Shown here piece after piece: positions 53,227-64,000 of a stretch of 64,000 nucleotides of DNA (positions are counted from its first letter, which is position 1; the number at the start of each line of letters is the position of its first letter). The stretch is taken from the NCBI GenBank assembly GCA_031835245.2, contig JAVKOQ020000036.1:62001-126000 (forward strand), given 5' to 3'. The notes beneath the pieces were generated by a model. The model searched no databases, was not told the origin of the DNA, and saw only the letters and a program-made list of their open reading frames with translations. The position numbers and the translations under genes are program-made. The DNA comes from Balamuthia mandrillaris. Its lineage: Eukaryota.

Positions 53227-53734
53227 CAAATGGACACCAAACAAAAAAACCACGTTTCGTTCTCACTTACTCTCTCAATATCCGCTTCCTGATGGCGCTC
53301 TCCTTCTCCATGGCTCGGTCCTCCCAACTCTGCGTCACAAAGCTGGTCTTCCTCAGCGGCGCGTTGCACACGGGGCACACCAAAATGGACTGCGTGCTGA
53401 AAATCCGATTTATACATGTTTCACAGCTGAACCAAAAAAACAATGATGAGTTTTTGTTCTTACATGCCCGAGAGAGAGAAAGAAAGGTCAAGAGAGAGAG
53501 AGAGAGAGAGTGAGAGGGGAGAAGTACAATCGATGTTGACACACAGAAAGCATCAACTTCATCGTTGGATTAAGATAGGCCTTTTTGTTTCCTCATCGGT
53601 TAGAAAATGAAACACGGTGGTTGGAGCGGTCATGGAAAAAAGGTACTTACATCGTTTAAGCAAATGGGACATCGATCGCTGCTCGCTGATTGAGCGAACG
53701 ACGAGGAGCTTCCGCTCGATACGGCTTTCATCAT
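51928..53734 (-). CDS. MNAT1: CDK-activating kinase assembly factor MAT1 (TFIIH)
   Basis: [38 protein letters not shown]...[28 protein letters not shown] and ARAGGF...[10 protein letters not shown]. Confidence 0.9.
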
Positions 53735-53980
53735 TTTACTTTCTTTTCCGTCGAAGAAATATTGTTGAAATTTGACAATATTTCAAAAAGGTTAAAATAT
53801 TTTTCATCATGTTAACAATTTAAAATGTTTATCGTTTATTCCACATTTTCCAAAATTATCCAAAATTTTTGAAGTTATTTGACATTCTTCTATACAGTGG
53901 GCTTCCAGCTGCTCACTCTATGCATAAACTTACTTCCGTGCTTTCTACAGCAGGCATGGTGATGTGCCCTCCCAAGGTTT

Positions 53981-55415
53981 TCACACACAGGCCGAACAGG
54001 CAGGAAGGTGCGCACGAATGAAGCAGGCAATCTCATCCACCTCCTTTGTGGCCTCCGGGAAGATGCCCATGAACAACGGGAATATGTGTTGCATCTTTGG
54101 AACCACCTGTTTTTGTGTTGTGTGTTTAGAAACAAAAGAGCAAAGCAACAAAAGACTCATCGCTCTCCTGCGTACCTGCAAAGTCACGTCGCACCCAGCT
54201 TCCTCGGCTTTATCCACAAAGTCCACCGAGTCGCTAAGGACCACTTCTGCTCCCCCGGCAACCACATACAGCGGTGGCAGGCCTCTCATCGGACCAAACA
54301 GAGGAGAAACCCTGGGGTCAGCCGCTTCCAACGGCTCGTTCTGAACGCTCGGCTCGGATGCGTTTGCTCGAAGCAGGCGAGGCACCCAAACGGAACCAAT
54401 CTGCGGGGAGACCATCACATCCGTGACAGCGTTCTTGGTCCAAGACTCTCTTTGGCAGGACAGGTCGGTCCAAGGAGAGATGAGCACCGCAGCAGCAGGC
54501 ATGGCGGCAGCGGAGTTTCCTTGTTGGGCTTCATGGAGGATGTGTTGCATAAGCAGCAAGGAGAGACCGCCACCAGCGCTGTCGCCGGCCACGACCACAG
54601 AGGAGGCATCCACCCCTTGGACATCGTTGGTTAACCAGCGGTAGACCGTGATGGCATCCTCCACTGCTGTTGGAAGAGGATACTCTGGGGCACGTCTATT
54701 TTTTTGGGTGGCATGTTTAGAGCCAACTGACTTCTGAAGGAACCAGGCAGCGGAGAAGACTGGAAGGAAAGTGGTACCTGTATTCATACAACAAGACCTT
54801 TGCTTGGGTCTTGTAGGCAAGATGGCTGCAAAAGCCAGAGTGGGAGCGGATGGAGCCCGAAAAGTATCCGCCTCCATGAGAGTAGAGGACAACCTGTTTG
54901 GAGGAAGACGATTCAGGAGGGATGAACCATGCAGCCTCCATGTCATAGCCATCCAGGGTTCTGTTGGTTCGCAGAGAAGAAAGATGAGAAAAAATATATT
55001 TGAAGGGAGTTGAATGAACAAACGAAACCTGATATGAAAGTGTTCCTCAACAACATCGGAACGAGGCGGAAGGATAGCCCCAAAGTCATCAATCTGCCTC
55101 CTGAACTCGTCCAAAGGCTGGTCGCTACCAAAAGCATTGTTAAGACGGAGCAGCTCCCCAAAGGCCTTGGACTCGATGCTTTGTGTGTTGTCGTTCCAAC
55201 CGGAGAGCATGAGCTTCCAAATAACAGCTTTCAGCGCCATGTGAAAGAGCACTTCCACCGTTCTGTAAGGATGTACGAAAGGGAATAAGGTTCGATACAT
55301 GTTTGTTTGGGTAGGAGAGCATCGCCAGGAGGAACCCGTACTGGTCATAGAAGAGGAAGAAAGGCATAGTAGCCAAAAGCCCAATGAAAAAGGGCACAGC
55401 AGCAAGCTTGTTCAT
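53981..55415 (-). CDS. Alpha/beta hydrolase of the hormone-sensitive lipase (HSL) family
   Basis: HGGGY oxyanion motif, EYR|RAPEYPLP, GDSAGG nucleophile, ISPWTD and MQHIF catalytic His. Confidence 0.88.
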
Positions 55416-55695
55416 TTTTTTTTTTTTCCCACTGTGTGATGCGTTCAGCTTCTAAAAAAACAAAAAAAAAAAAACAAAAACTGAAGCTGCAACTGCAACT
55501 GCAACAACAACAACCGAACACGACGTTGACCAGAAGAAGGAACCAGAGTTCCCCCCCGAAGCATGAAACGGTGAAACTACCACCAACGGACACCCGTAAC
55601 CGAAACGACGCGATTCTCCATTTTGGTGCGACCTGGTCGCCAGATCGGGTCGCCACGATGTTCCATGGATACCCAACGGCGACGTTGAAATTTAA

Positions 55696-55720
55696 GGTTA
55701 GGGTTTGACCTGTAGGGTTA
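55696..55720. promoter_or_regulatory. Telo-box-like motifs (TTAGGGTTT; TAGGGTTA) upstream of RPL24
   Basis: AAACCCTAA on the minus strand plus a second partial copy, about 200 bp before the ATG. Confidence 0.4.
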
Positions 55721-55915
55721 GTTGAAATTTCTTGCTGGGCTTCGAAATTTCGATGTCATGCGAGGGTTCAGTTGCTGACGTCTGAAAGAACGGGTCCTTC
55801 TCGTATCCTTCATCCTTTCCTGTCTTCTTTCTCTCTCTCTCAATAATTATTCCTTAGTGCCCAGTTGGCGGTCGACAGTCCCGTTTCAAAGGAAGAGCTC
55901 AAGTGTAAACACAGG

Positions 55916-56681
55916 ATGAAGTAAGTGTGATGCGCCTTTTGCTCCGCGCTGTTTTGTGTGTCTGTGTTGTTGTTGTTGGAGGGGGGAGGAAGCGCCAAAG
56001 GCAAGATTACAGATAAGATTAACCGTTTTTTTTTTCCTTGCTTTCTTTTGTGGTTGGTGTGGTACCTTGTAGGACCGAACTTTGCCATTTCAGCGGCTTC
56101 AAGATCTATCCCGGCCACGGCAAGCGCGTGGTGAGGACTGATTGCAAGGTTAGCACTGCTATTTTTTTTTATACCCGTGATTCGTTGGTATTCTTATTCT
56201 TACGGGTCTTCTTTCTTCGTGGACAGTCCTTCGTATTTATCAACAACAAAGTTGAGCAACACTTCTGGAAGAAGAACAACCCCCGTAAGGTCCCATGGAC
56301 TCAAGCTTACAGGCGTGTACACAAGAAGGGTACCCAACAAGAAATCCAGAAGAGGAAGACCAGGAGAGTCATCAAGATTCAAAGGGACATTGTTGGTGCT
56401 TCTCTCGATCAGATCCGCCAGAAGAAGGGACAGAAGGCTGAAATCAGGGCTGCCTCTCGCGAAGCTGCTCTCAAGTGCGTTTTTCTTTCCTTTCTTTTTT
56501 AAAATCAAACTTTCTTCCTTGTCACACTGTACTTATACTTCAACAAAACAGAGAGATCAAGGAGAGGAAGGCCAAGAGACAGGCCGCTGGAAAGAAGGCT
56601 GGTGGTAAGGCGCAAGCTGCCAAGGGCGCCGCTGCCCCCAAGAACGTGAAGGCCGCCAAGCCCGCCGGCAAGGGAAGGTAA
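55916..56681 (+). CDS. RPL24: 60S ribosomal protein eL24
   Basis: ATG AA|gt...ag|G ACC gives MKTELCHFSGFKIYPGHG; NPRKVPWTQAYRRVHKKG; 4 exons. Confidence 0.95.
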
Positions 56682-56769
56682 AATGGCTCCATGAGAGAAA
56701 AAAACAAAGTTTTTCTTTTGCATTTGTTACCTCGCCCCAATACACACGTGACTCTTCCTTTCTATCTGT

Positions 56770-57286
56770 CTATAATTCTTCTTCAGCCTCTTCTCCCTCA
56801 TCATCCTTGTTCGTTTGTTCGTTTTTCTCTCCGTTCTTGGCTGCGCTTTTCTCCTCTTTCTGTTTTTCCTCCTTTTCCCCCTTTCTCCTGGTCCGGTCTT
56901 CCTTTCCCTTCCGCTTTTCTTCTTCATCGTCCTCCTCTTTTCTCCTTCTGCTTCTGTTGTCTTTTTGGTGATGTTGTTGCTGCAGTCCTCCTTCCTCTTC
57001 CTCCGCTTGCAATTCTTCAAACTTATCATGCCCCCATTTTACTTCTCGCTCCTCTACTGTGTTATTATGAGAAAACTGATGAGAAGAGAGAAGGAGGAGA
57101 GAAGCAAGAACGAACCTCTATGATAGGGGCGGTAATGGAAGGTGTCCGAGGAGGAGCGGAAGCCGCTTCGAAGATCCCCTCCTCTTGCATTAAGGTGTTG
57201 TTGGGGGTTGCTGGTTCTGTTGCTGCCCCGATCATCATGCTTTACCACCACGCCATTCCATGAATAAGCGAAATACGAGAGAGGGA

Positions 57287-57339
<53 letters not shown>

Positions 57340-57852
57340 AAAGATAGAAAAAGAAATGAAGGTACTCACTTCAAAGAAATATCCGCGTCTGGGAACTGAG
57401 ACAGGGTCGTCTAAACTCTGTCGTTGTCGTTTCCTCATATCATGACCTGCTCCTCTCCCTCCTCTACCTCCGCCTCTGCCTCCTCTCGTCGTCATGTGGC
57501 TGGCATTTCTGCTTGCTCGTCTTTCCTCCCATGGACGTTGTTGGTATTGTTGTTGCGGTCTTTCTTGTTCTTCTTCCCTCCATCCTCTTTTCAACCCTCC
57601 TCTTTCTTCTCGTCTCGTAACATATCCATCATTCCAAGAAGAGCGTCTTTGCTGCCCTCTTTCTCCTCTTCTCTCGTCCCTTCCTCTGTCATGATCAGAT
57701 CTTTTGCTTTCAGGGGGACGTTCATCAAATGGAATACTTCTTCTTTGGAAGCAAAAGAAAGAAAAAAAAAAGAAACATCAGCAAAAAGTAGAAAAGACGA
57801 CCAGCTTGCTGAGGAGAGGAACACACAACAAACAACCCCTTTACCTGTTCAT
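56770..57852 (-). CDS. Barentsz/CASC3 (MLN51)-like Btz-domain protein
   Basis: DDPVSVPRRGYFFE|HDDR and KWGHDKFEELQ match the two conserved Btz/SELOR motifs; Arg/Gly-rich flanks. Confidence 0.7.
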
Positions 57853-58058
57853 TCTTCTCTTTCCACTTCACTTTCTTTTCCACTTCTTTTCTGATTTTTG
57901 TAGACAATCCAACGAGGAGTCATGATATTAAAATGGACCAATAAAAATTCATATGTTTTGTGACGACAAATAATCGAAAATAAATTGCTATCGTCAGATA
58001 GTGGAAGAAATTATCGAAAAATAACACTCAAAAATTTCAACAAAACAAAGAAAGAAAA

Positions 58059-59259
58059 ATGGCCACCAAACGAACGGCGGCAGCAGCAGAGGCTGAGGAG
58101 GGAAGGGGAAGAAGAGGCGAGGGAGAAGAGGAGTTGGAGCGAAAGGACAGCAGCGGCTACAAGAAACGAAGAACGGAAGACGCAGAGCAACAAACATCTG
58201 TGCATGAAGAGGGCTTGGCACCAAAAGTGATTCAACAGTTGAAGCGCTTGGGCCTCAAAGTGGATCCTTTTTCTCCTACTTCACCTTCTTCGTCCACTTG
58301 TTCTTCTTCTTCGCCGTCTTCTTCCTCCTCCTCTTCGTCATCGTCTTCTTCCTCTTCCTCTTCCTCTTCCTCTTCTTCCTCAACCACAGCAGGCAGAGCA
58401 GCTTTGACGTCCTCCACTTCTTCTACCACTTCGCAGTCGCTCCCAAACGCGTTGCTTCACTGGAACTCCATCCCTTGGTCTTCCTTTCGTGTCTTTGCCT
58501 CCCCTTCTTCACGTACCTAGTCTCTATGCTCTCTTCTCTCTCTCTCATACTCGTTCTCTCTGCTCTCTGCTCTCTGCTCTCTGCTCTCTGCTCTCTGCTC
58601 TCTGCTCTCTGCTCTCTGCTCTCTGCTCTCTGCTCTCTCCTCTCTGCTCTCTGCTCTCTCCTCTCTGCTCTCTCCTCTCTGCTCTTCTACTCTCTCACAA
58701 CTTTCTTTCCTTTCCTCCCTTCCACATGCAAACAGACTTGACAGACATACAGTTCCACGAGGCATGGGAGCTCGATTGCAACAACTTTGACAGAGAGGCA
58801 ATGGGCGGTTCGGTCGTGGAAATAGGCTTTGGGAGATCTTCTCTCACCGACGCGGAAGAGGTCTTTCTTGCCGTCGCTCTCTCCGACATCAACTCTGACC
58901 CTCCTCTTTACATTGTTTCCTCCAAAGAGAAGCTCAACCACAGAGCAAAAACGAAGAAGAAAGTTGAAGAAGAGGAAGAAGAGGAAGAGGAAGAAGAAGG
59001 ACAGCTGAAACTTTCAGAGTTTTTAAACGGATTAGAGAGAGAAGGAGAGGGAGGAAGAAGACAAGGAGAAGGAGAAGGAAGGGTTTCGGAGGATGACACT
59101 TATGCAGGTTTTCTGAACACGTTTTTGACGGGAGAGGACTTGCCTGAAGATGATGAGGAGGGCGATGAAGATGATGAAGGAGATATAGACGATGAGGAGG
59201 AGGATTTGGAGTGGCAGGACGAGGATGCAGATGAGGAGGAAGACGGACAAGAAGAATAA
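58059..59259 (+). CDS. Hypothetical protein with acidic C-terminus, 2 exons
   Basis: MATKRTAAAAE... with an intron at ~58514-58735 containing a (CTCTCTG)n repeat; D/E-rich tail. Confidence 0.6.
58555..58685. repeat. (CTCTCTG)n heptamer repeat, intronic
   Basis: Directly visible. Confidence 0.9.
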
Positions 59260-59382
59260 AATACACGAGAATTTATTACAGATAGTGAAGGAGGGCTGAA
59301 TTGAAGGAAGAATAAAGCTAAATGACGAAAGCGAGATGAGAAAGAGAATAAAGAGACGACGACAGAGAAAAGACAAACTCAA

Positions 59383-59418
<36 letters not shown>

Positions 59419-59511
59419 GAGAGAGAAGCGAGAAAGAGCAAACAAACAGAGCAACGGAGAAAGAAGAACGTTTAATGAACGTAACACCTCTACTTTGCGG
59501 TCACACTCTTC

Positions 59512-62500
59512 TTATTCATCCTGAAAAGGCCACTTGCCGAGTCGTTTCATTTTCTTTACAAACTTTTTCATCTTCTCTTCGGTCGGTCGTTTGATGGAGG
59601 AGGTGGAGTAAGGAACGCCGCCAGCGTTGCTGCACCTGCACGATGGGCACACGTTGCTCGTCTTTGCACACCACTTGCAGAAGAATGCTCCGCAGTCAGG
59701 ACACCACTGTTGATTAAAAAAGTAAGCAAAGGACAAGTAAGAAGAAAGAAGGAAGAAGAAAGAAGAAGAGGACGAACGTTAATGTTGCTTCCAGAAGTGT
59801 TACACGCTTTGCAGCTGCTGGGAGCCTTCTTGCGAACCGACTCGAGCTTGTAGTTGAGATAAAACTCCTCTTTCTTTTGCTTCAACTCTTTCTTGTCGTA
59901 TTCTTTTCTCATATCATCCATTCGTTCTATGTTTTGTTCGTGTTTGTTGTGTTAAGTTTTGCTTATTGAAGGGAGGAGGAGGGTGAGAGAGAAGCAGGCC
60001 AAACCCATGGAATGTTTGAACATGGCTACAGCATAACACACCGGGATTGGCACAAGTCCTTCAACATTACTCACTGGTAACGCTTCTCTATAGTAGCCGA
60101 AGAACGAGCATGAAGAGACAACATACGTTAAACGAAGAGCAGAGCAGAGCAGAGCAGTGCAGAGCAGAGAAGAGAAGAGAACGATGAAGAGAAGAGAAGG
60201 AACGTACCCTCCCGATCGAGCGAAGACATTGGAGGCAGCACTGCGCGATGCACCCCAAAAGGTTCCATAGCGACAACGATGACTGAGGTGACCATCGTGA
60301 GTGAGAACGACGCTACCCAGGTCATCGGAGGTGGCTTGGAAGCGAAGACGAAGAATAGGCTCTGTGTCGTCTGCTTGCCATGAAGCCTTTGTACCAGCAT
60401 AGGCTCCCGACTACACGCATTGATTTGAGTGGGTTCGTAGAACGACGAAAGGACAGCAGAGAAAAGAAGAAGAGAAGAAGAGAAGAGACAACAAGCGCTT
60501 GGAAGTGCGAGGAAAGAAGATTGTACCTCGCAAACAAGTTGGCCGTCACTGTATTTCCAAACGCTGCCATCAGGAGCAGTAGCCGTTCCTCCATTCACAA
60601 ATGGTTCTATATGCTCTTTCACCATCGCATCCTTATAGTTGTGTAAGAGTTTAATAATAATAAAAACCGAGAGAAGAGAAGAGAAGAGAAGCGAAGAGGA
60701 GAGAAAGAAACAGATGGGATAGAGGCGTGCGTACTCTTTGTTGTTGCTTTTGGCGACCCACCGCTTCGATCTTCTCTTTAGCATCATTCAAAGCTTTGGG
60801 ATAAGCCTCTAACCAAGTTTGATACTTTTGCATCAACTCTTCATGCTCCCTTCTCTGAGATGCTGAAGAGGCATCAAAGTAACTATCCACGATGAGAGCG
60901 AGTTCTACGTTACGGAGCGCTTCCTCGAGCTTCTTCAGTCGAGACTCGTAAAAGTGCTCTTTGAGCAGCTCGCTTTCGTTCACGTTTGGAGCTTTGACCG
61001 AACTGCAAACACTATGGTATCGTTTGGTTTAAAGCAAGCATGAGAAACGAACCAAAGAAGAAGAAGAAGAAGAAGAAGAAGATGATGAAGAAGAGAACCA
61101 ACCCGAGCAAATTGTTGTTGAATCGTTGAAGAGCGTTATCCACGACTCGAAAGACATTACTGCTATCCAACCATCCGACATAGGACATAAACTCAGCATT
61201 ACTTCGAGCTTCAAACACTTTGGCCTGGAACATTTGTTAGGAGACAAAAGAAGAAGAAACAGAACACTAAAGTTTGAAGAAGCAACGAAGAACCAACCGC
61301 AACATCTTTAAGGTAAGCCAGGTGTTTGGGATGTATCTCTCTTAACTGCTTCAAGTGCTCTATCCATGCTGCTACATTCTGTTTCGTGGCCTCCTTTTGA
61401 AGCGTTACATGGTGCTCCATCCATCCCGATGGGAACAGGGCTTTGATCTCTTTGTAACGAGCTTGCCAGTCTCCCACTTGGTTCAACGCATTTGCCACTT
61501 TGGCCGTGCCTTCGGCTATCAGGCTTTCGACCAGTCTTTCAAGTTCTGTTGGGGTTTTTGTTAACACGGAGAGAGAGCGAGCGAGAGAGAGAACGAGAGA
61601 GAGAGAGAGAGAGAAATGCACCTTCCACAGCCTGCACTTTAGGTTGGCAAGCGGGGTGGTCCGGCATCTGGAGCTGGTTGGCTAGTTTCCTTTGGTTGGC
61701 CGCAGTGTCTCGCCATTGTTGTTGTTCCTCTGGACGAGCAAACTGATCCACCGGAACGTTCTTAATCCTAGATGGCGAGTTAGCCGAGTAAACCGAGGAG
61801 GGTGAGAGCAAGAGAGCAGTTATAAAAGCAATGGTTACTTTGAAATATAATGAGCAGCGTTCATCACGTCCACGATCTTTTGTTCAGGATAGGGCAGATG
61901 CGCCTACAGCAGATAGAAGAGGGAGGCGAGAAGCAAGACAACAGAACGAAGAATGAAGAGTAAATATATGAAGGTGTAAAGATATGGGACAGCAACATAC
62001 AGGTAACGGCCGCTTTGCAGGGGCACTAGAGGAAGCAGAAGCAGAAGCACCAGAAGGGGTTGTTGCTGTTGTGGTTGCACGAGTTGCTTGCTGAGTGTAT
62101 GAAGCTGGTTTTCGCCTGTTCTCAGATAATGTTACTACGGTGGAATGGAGGAGGAGGAAGAAGAAGAAGAGAAGAAGAAAGCTGAAGAAGGGGAGAGAGA
62201 AAGAGAGACCTATTGATAGCATTGATCTTTTGGGGTACGGACTGCGCCATCGCGTTGTACTGTCTTGCAGCTGCCACCAACTCCTATTTTTGCTCGGAAC
62301 AGATTAGAGGAAGAAGACGACGAAGGAAGTTTGTTAGGTGTAACGTACTGCTGGCAAGGGCTTCGTGTTCAAAAGGCGTTGCATGTTCTCCTGTCCCCAT
62401 TTCTGCAGTGCTTGCCATCGTTGAACAGCTATTGTAAATAAAGGAACAAAGCAAGAAGGATTAGCAAACGCACAAGCCTCAAGCAAAAAAGAATGGAGGA

Positions 62501-63048
62501 TTAGTACTTGCCATTGCCATTCCACACTTCATCGTCTGAAATGTTTGCAAAGTAGGTCTCGTCCTCTTTCACCTTCTTTATTGCCTCTTGAATGGCTGGT
62601 GGGAGCGACGCAGCAACAGAAGGAGCAGGAGCGGGAGCGGCTGCTGCTGAAGAAGAAGAAGAAGAAGATGAAGAAGAAGAAGAAGATGAAGAAGAAGATC
62701 CGGAAGGAGGAGCTGCAGCAGAACGGGCGGAAGTGGAGGAAGCAGCAGAAGGAGAAGGCGACGGAGCTACCGCAGGGGTTGGTTGTGGCGTCGCTGCGGC
62801 CGCATAGGGTCCAGTGCCTTATTTTTTTTTGTTGCAATAAGAAAATAAACAAAAAGAAAATAAAACAAAAAAAAAACAACTCACCATTGAGTTTATGTTG
62901 CAGGTCAGTGTTGAGCTCGTTGAACTTGGCGGCGAGGGCGTTCCCAACTTCGGGGTTCTTGGCTTGAACGCTTTGTATGCGGATGGGGATCAATTTGAGC
63001 TGCGTTACACCACAAAAAAGATATATTAACAACGAAAATAAACAAGTT

Positions 63049-63084
<36 letters not shown>

Positions 63085-63191
63085 TTGGAGGCATATTTGC
63101 CAAAAGCCGACTTGTTGCCCACAGGCAAGGACTTGACCACAGCGGCAAGGCTGTCGATCTCCTGTTGTACTTGGGCGGCAAAGGCGTCCAT
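59512..63191 (-). CDS. Hypothetical multi-exon protein, helical with a C-terminal Cys-rich (zinc-finger-like) segment
   Basis: Starts MDAFAAQVQQEIDSL...; GT-AG exons throughout; ends CKAC...WCPDCGAFFCKWC...CPSC...WPFQDE*. Confidence 0.6.
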
Positions 63192-63744
63192 GAAGCTAGT
63201 TGTTGTTGTTGATTATCAGCACAATGAGGTGTGCGTGTGTGCGTGTGTGTGAGCAGAAGCAGAAGCACCAGGAAGGGTCGCTTTTTTTTTTCTTTTGGTT
63301 TCAACGATAGTTGGTATAGCAGCAAACCTGTGGAATAATATACACTAAAACAAAATGATAAGAAGACCTTTTTTACTAGAATTTCTCGGTCTCCCACCAC
63401 CGGTGCATTCCTAGCAACCAATGGCGCACCCTTGTGGAGTATTCTTGTTTTTGTACGTTCCGTGAACACATTATATGCCCACAGAACAACACCCTCGACA
63501 AGAAGAGACAGCAGCCTCTCCCTTTCATAGCATTACACGGCTTTTGTTATAATCATATTATTCTATTGTCGACAATATTTCATTCTGTTGAAGATCGCTT
63601 GATCGGGTAGCTGACGTCATGGTCTCAGCGTCTTCGAGACGACACGGAGAACTGAACTGATTGGATCTTCAAGGCGTAACGGAGGGCTTAGCCATGAAAG
63701 CAGAGGAGGAGGAAACCCCCCCCCCCAAAGTGGGGTCCTTTGAA

Positions 63745-64000
63745 GGAGAGGTCGCAGCTGGTGGAGTGGCTTGGAAGGTCGCAGCTGGTGGAGTGGCTTG
63801 ACCTCTTTGCCCAGCGCCGTGGGCCGGCCAAACTCTTCAGGCAAGGAGCTCAGCCTGTTGTCGGCAAGCTGCCATTCCGTGAGAGCGGTCAACGTGCTTT
63901 CATCCGTGCCCAGCGCGGTGGGCCAGCTGACCGCTCTCACGGAGTGCAACCTCCGTACTAACCAACTGGCAAGAGAGTTTGGCCAGCTCAGTGCTCTCAG
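63745..64000. pseudogene. Scrambled, inverted leucine-rich-repeat fragments
   Basis: Minus strand LTALTEWQLADNRLSSLPEEFG and plus strand PSAVGQLTALTECNLRTNQL form an inverted repeat; also a 23-bp direct repeat. Confidence 0.55.

Noticed and set aside
55921..56072. Hairpin GCCTTT..GCGCT/AGCGC..AAAGGC plus AGATTA in RPL24 intron 1 as a possible H/ACA RNA
   Set aside because: No convincing second hairpin, terminal ACA or target pocket.

Overview
Gene-dense, intron-rich eukaryotic nuclear DNA with short GT-AG introns and many (GA)n/(GAA)n/(AGAGA)n microsatellites. The style suggests a free-living amoebozoan such as Balamuthia or Acanthamoeba, but this is inference only. About 19 protein genes are recognisable: two convergent secreted Tyr-Asp-Gly-Gly repeat proteins, exocyst Sec5/EXOC2, a tandem pair of secreted FG-GAP/CARDB-like proteins, a BCS1-like AAA ATPase, NUP205, a Kelch-F-box-Rho GTPase fusion, EMC4, DDX3/Ded1, an Mpv17/PMP22 protein, RNA polymerase I RPA1 head-to-head with RNA polymerase II RPB2, MAT1, an HSL-family esterase, RPL24, a Barentsz/CASC3-like protein and several hypotheticals. 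The main hidden layer is a set of intron-encoded guide RNAs that the ORF track cannot show. Nine box C/D snoRNAs of three families lie one per intron in RPA1 and NUP205, and one family is shared by both unrelated hosts. A candidate three-hairpin H/H/ACA RNA sits in a NUP205 intron, and an unidentified ~260-nt structured element lies in the RPA1/RPB2 divergent spacer. Exon boundaries were read by eye. rRNA target assignments rely on remembered conserved rRNA sequence and need confirmation.
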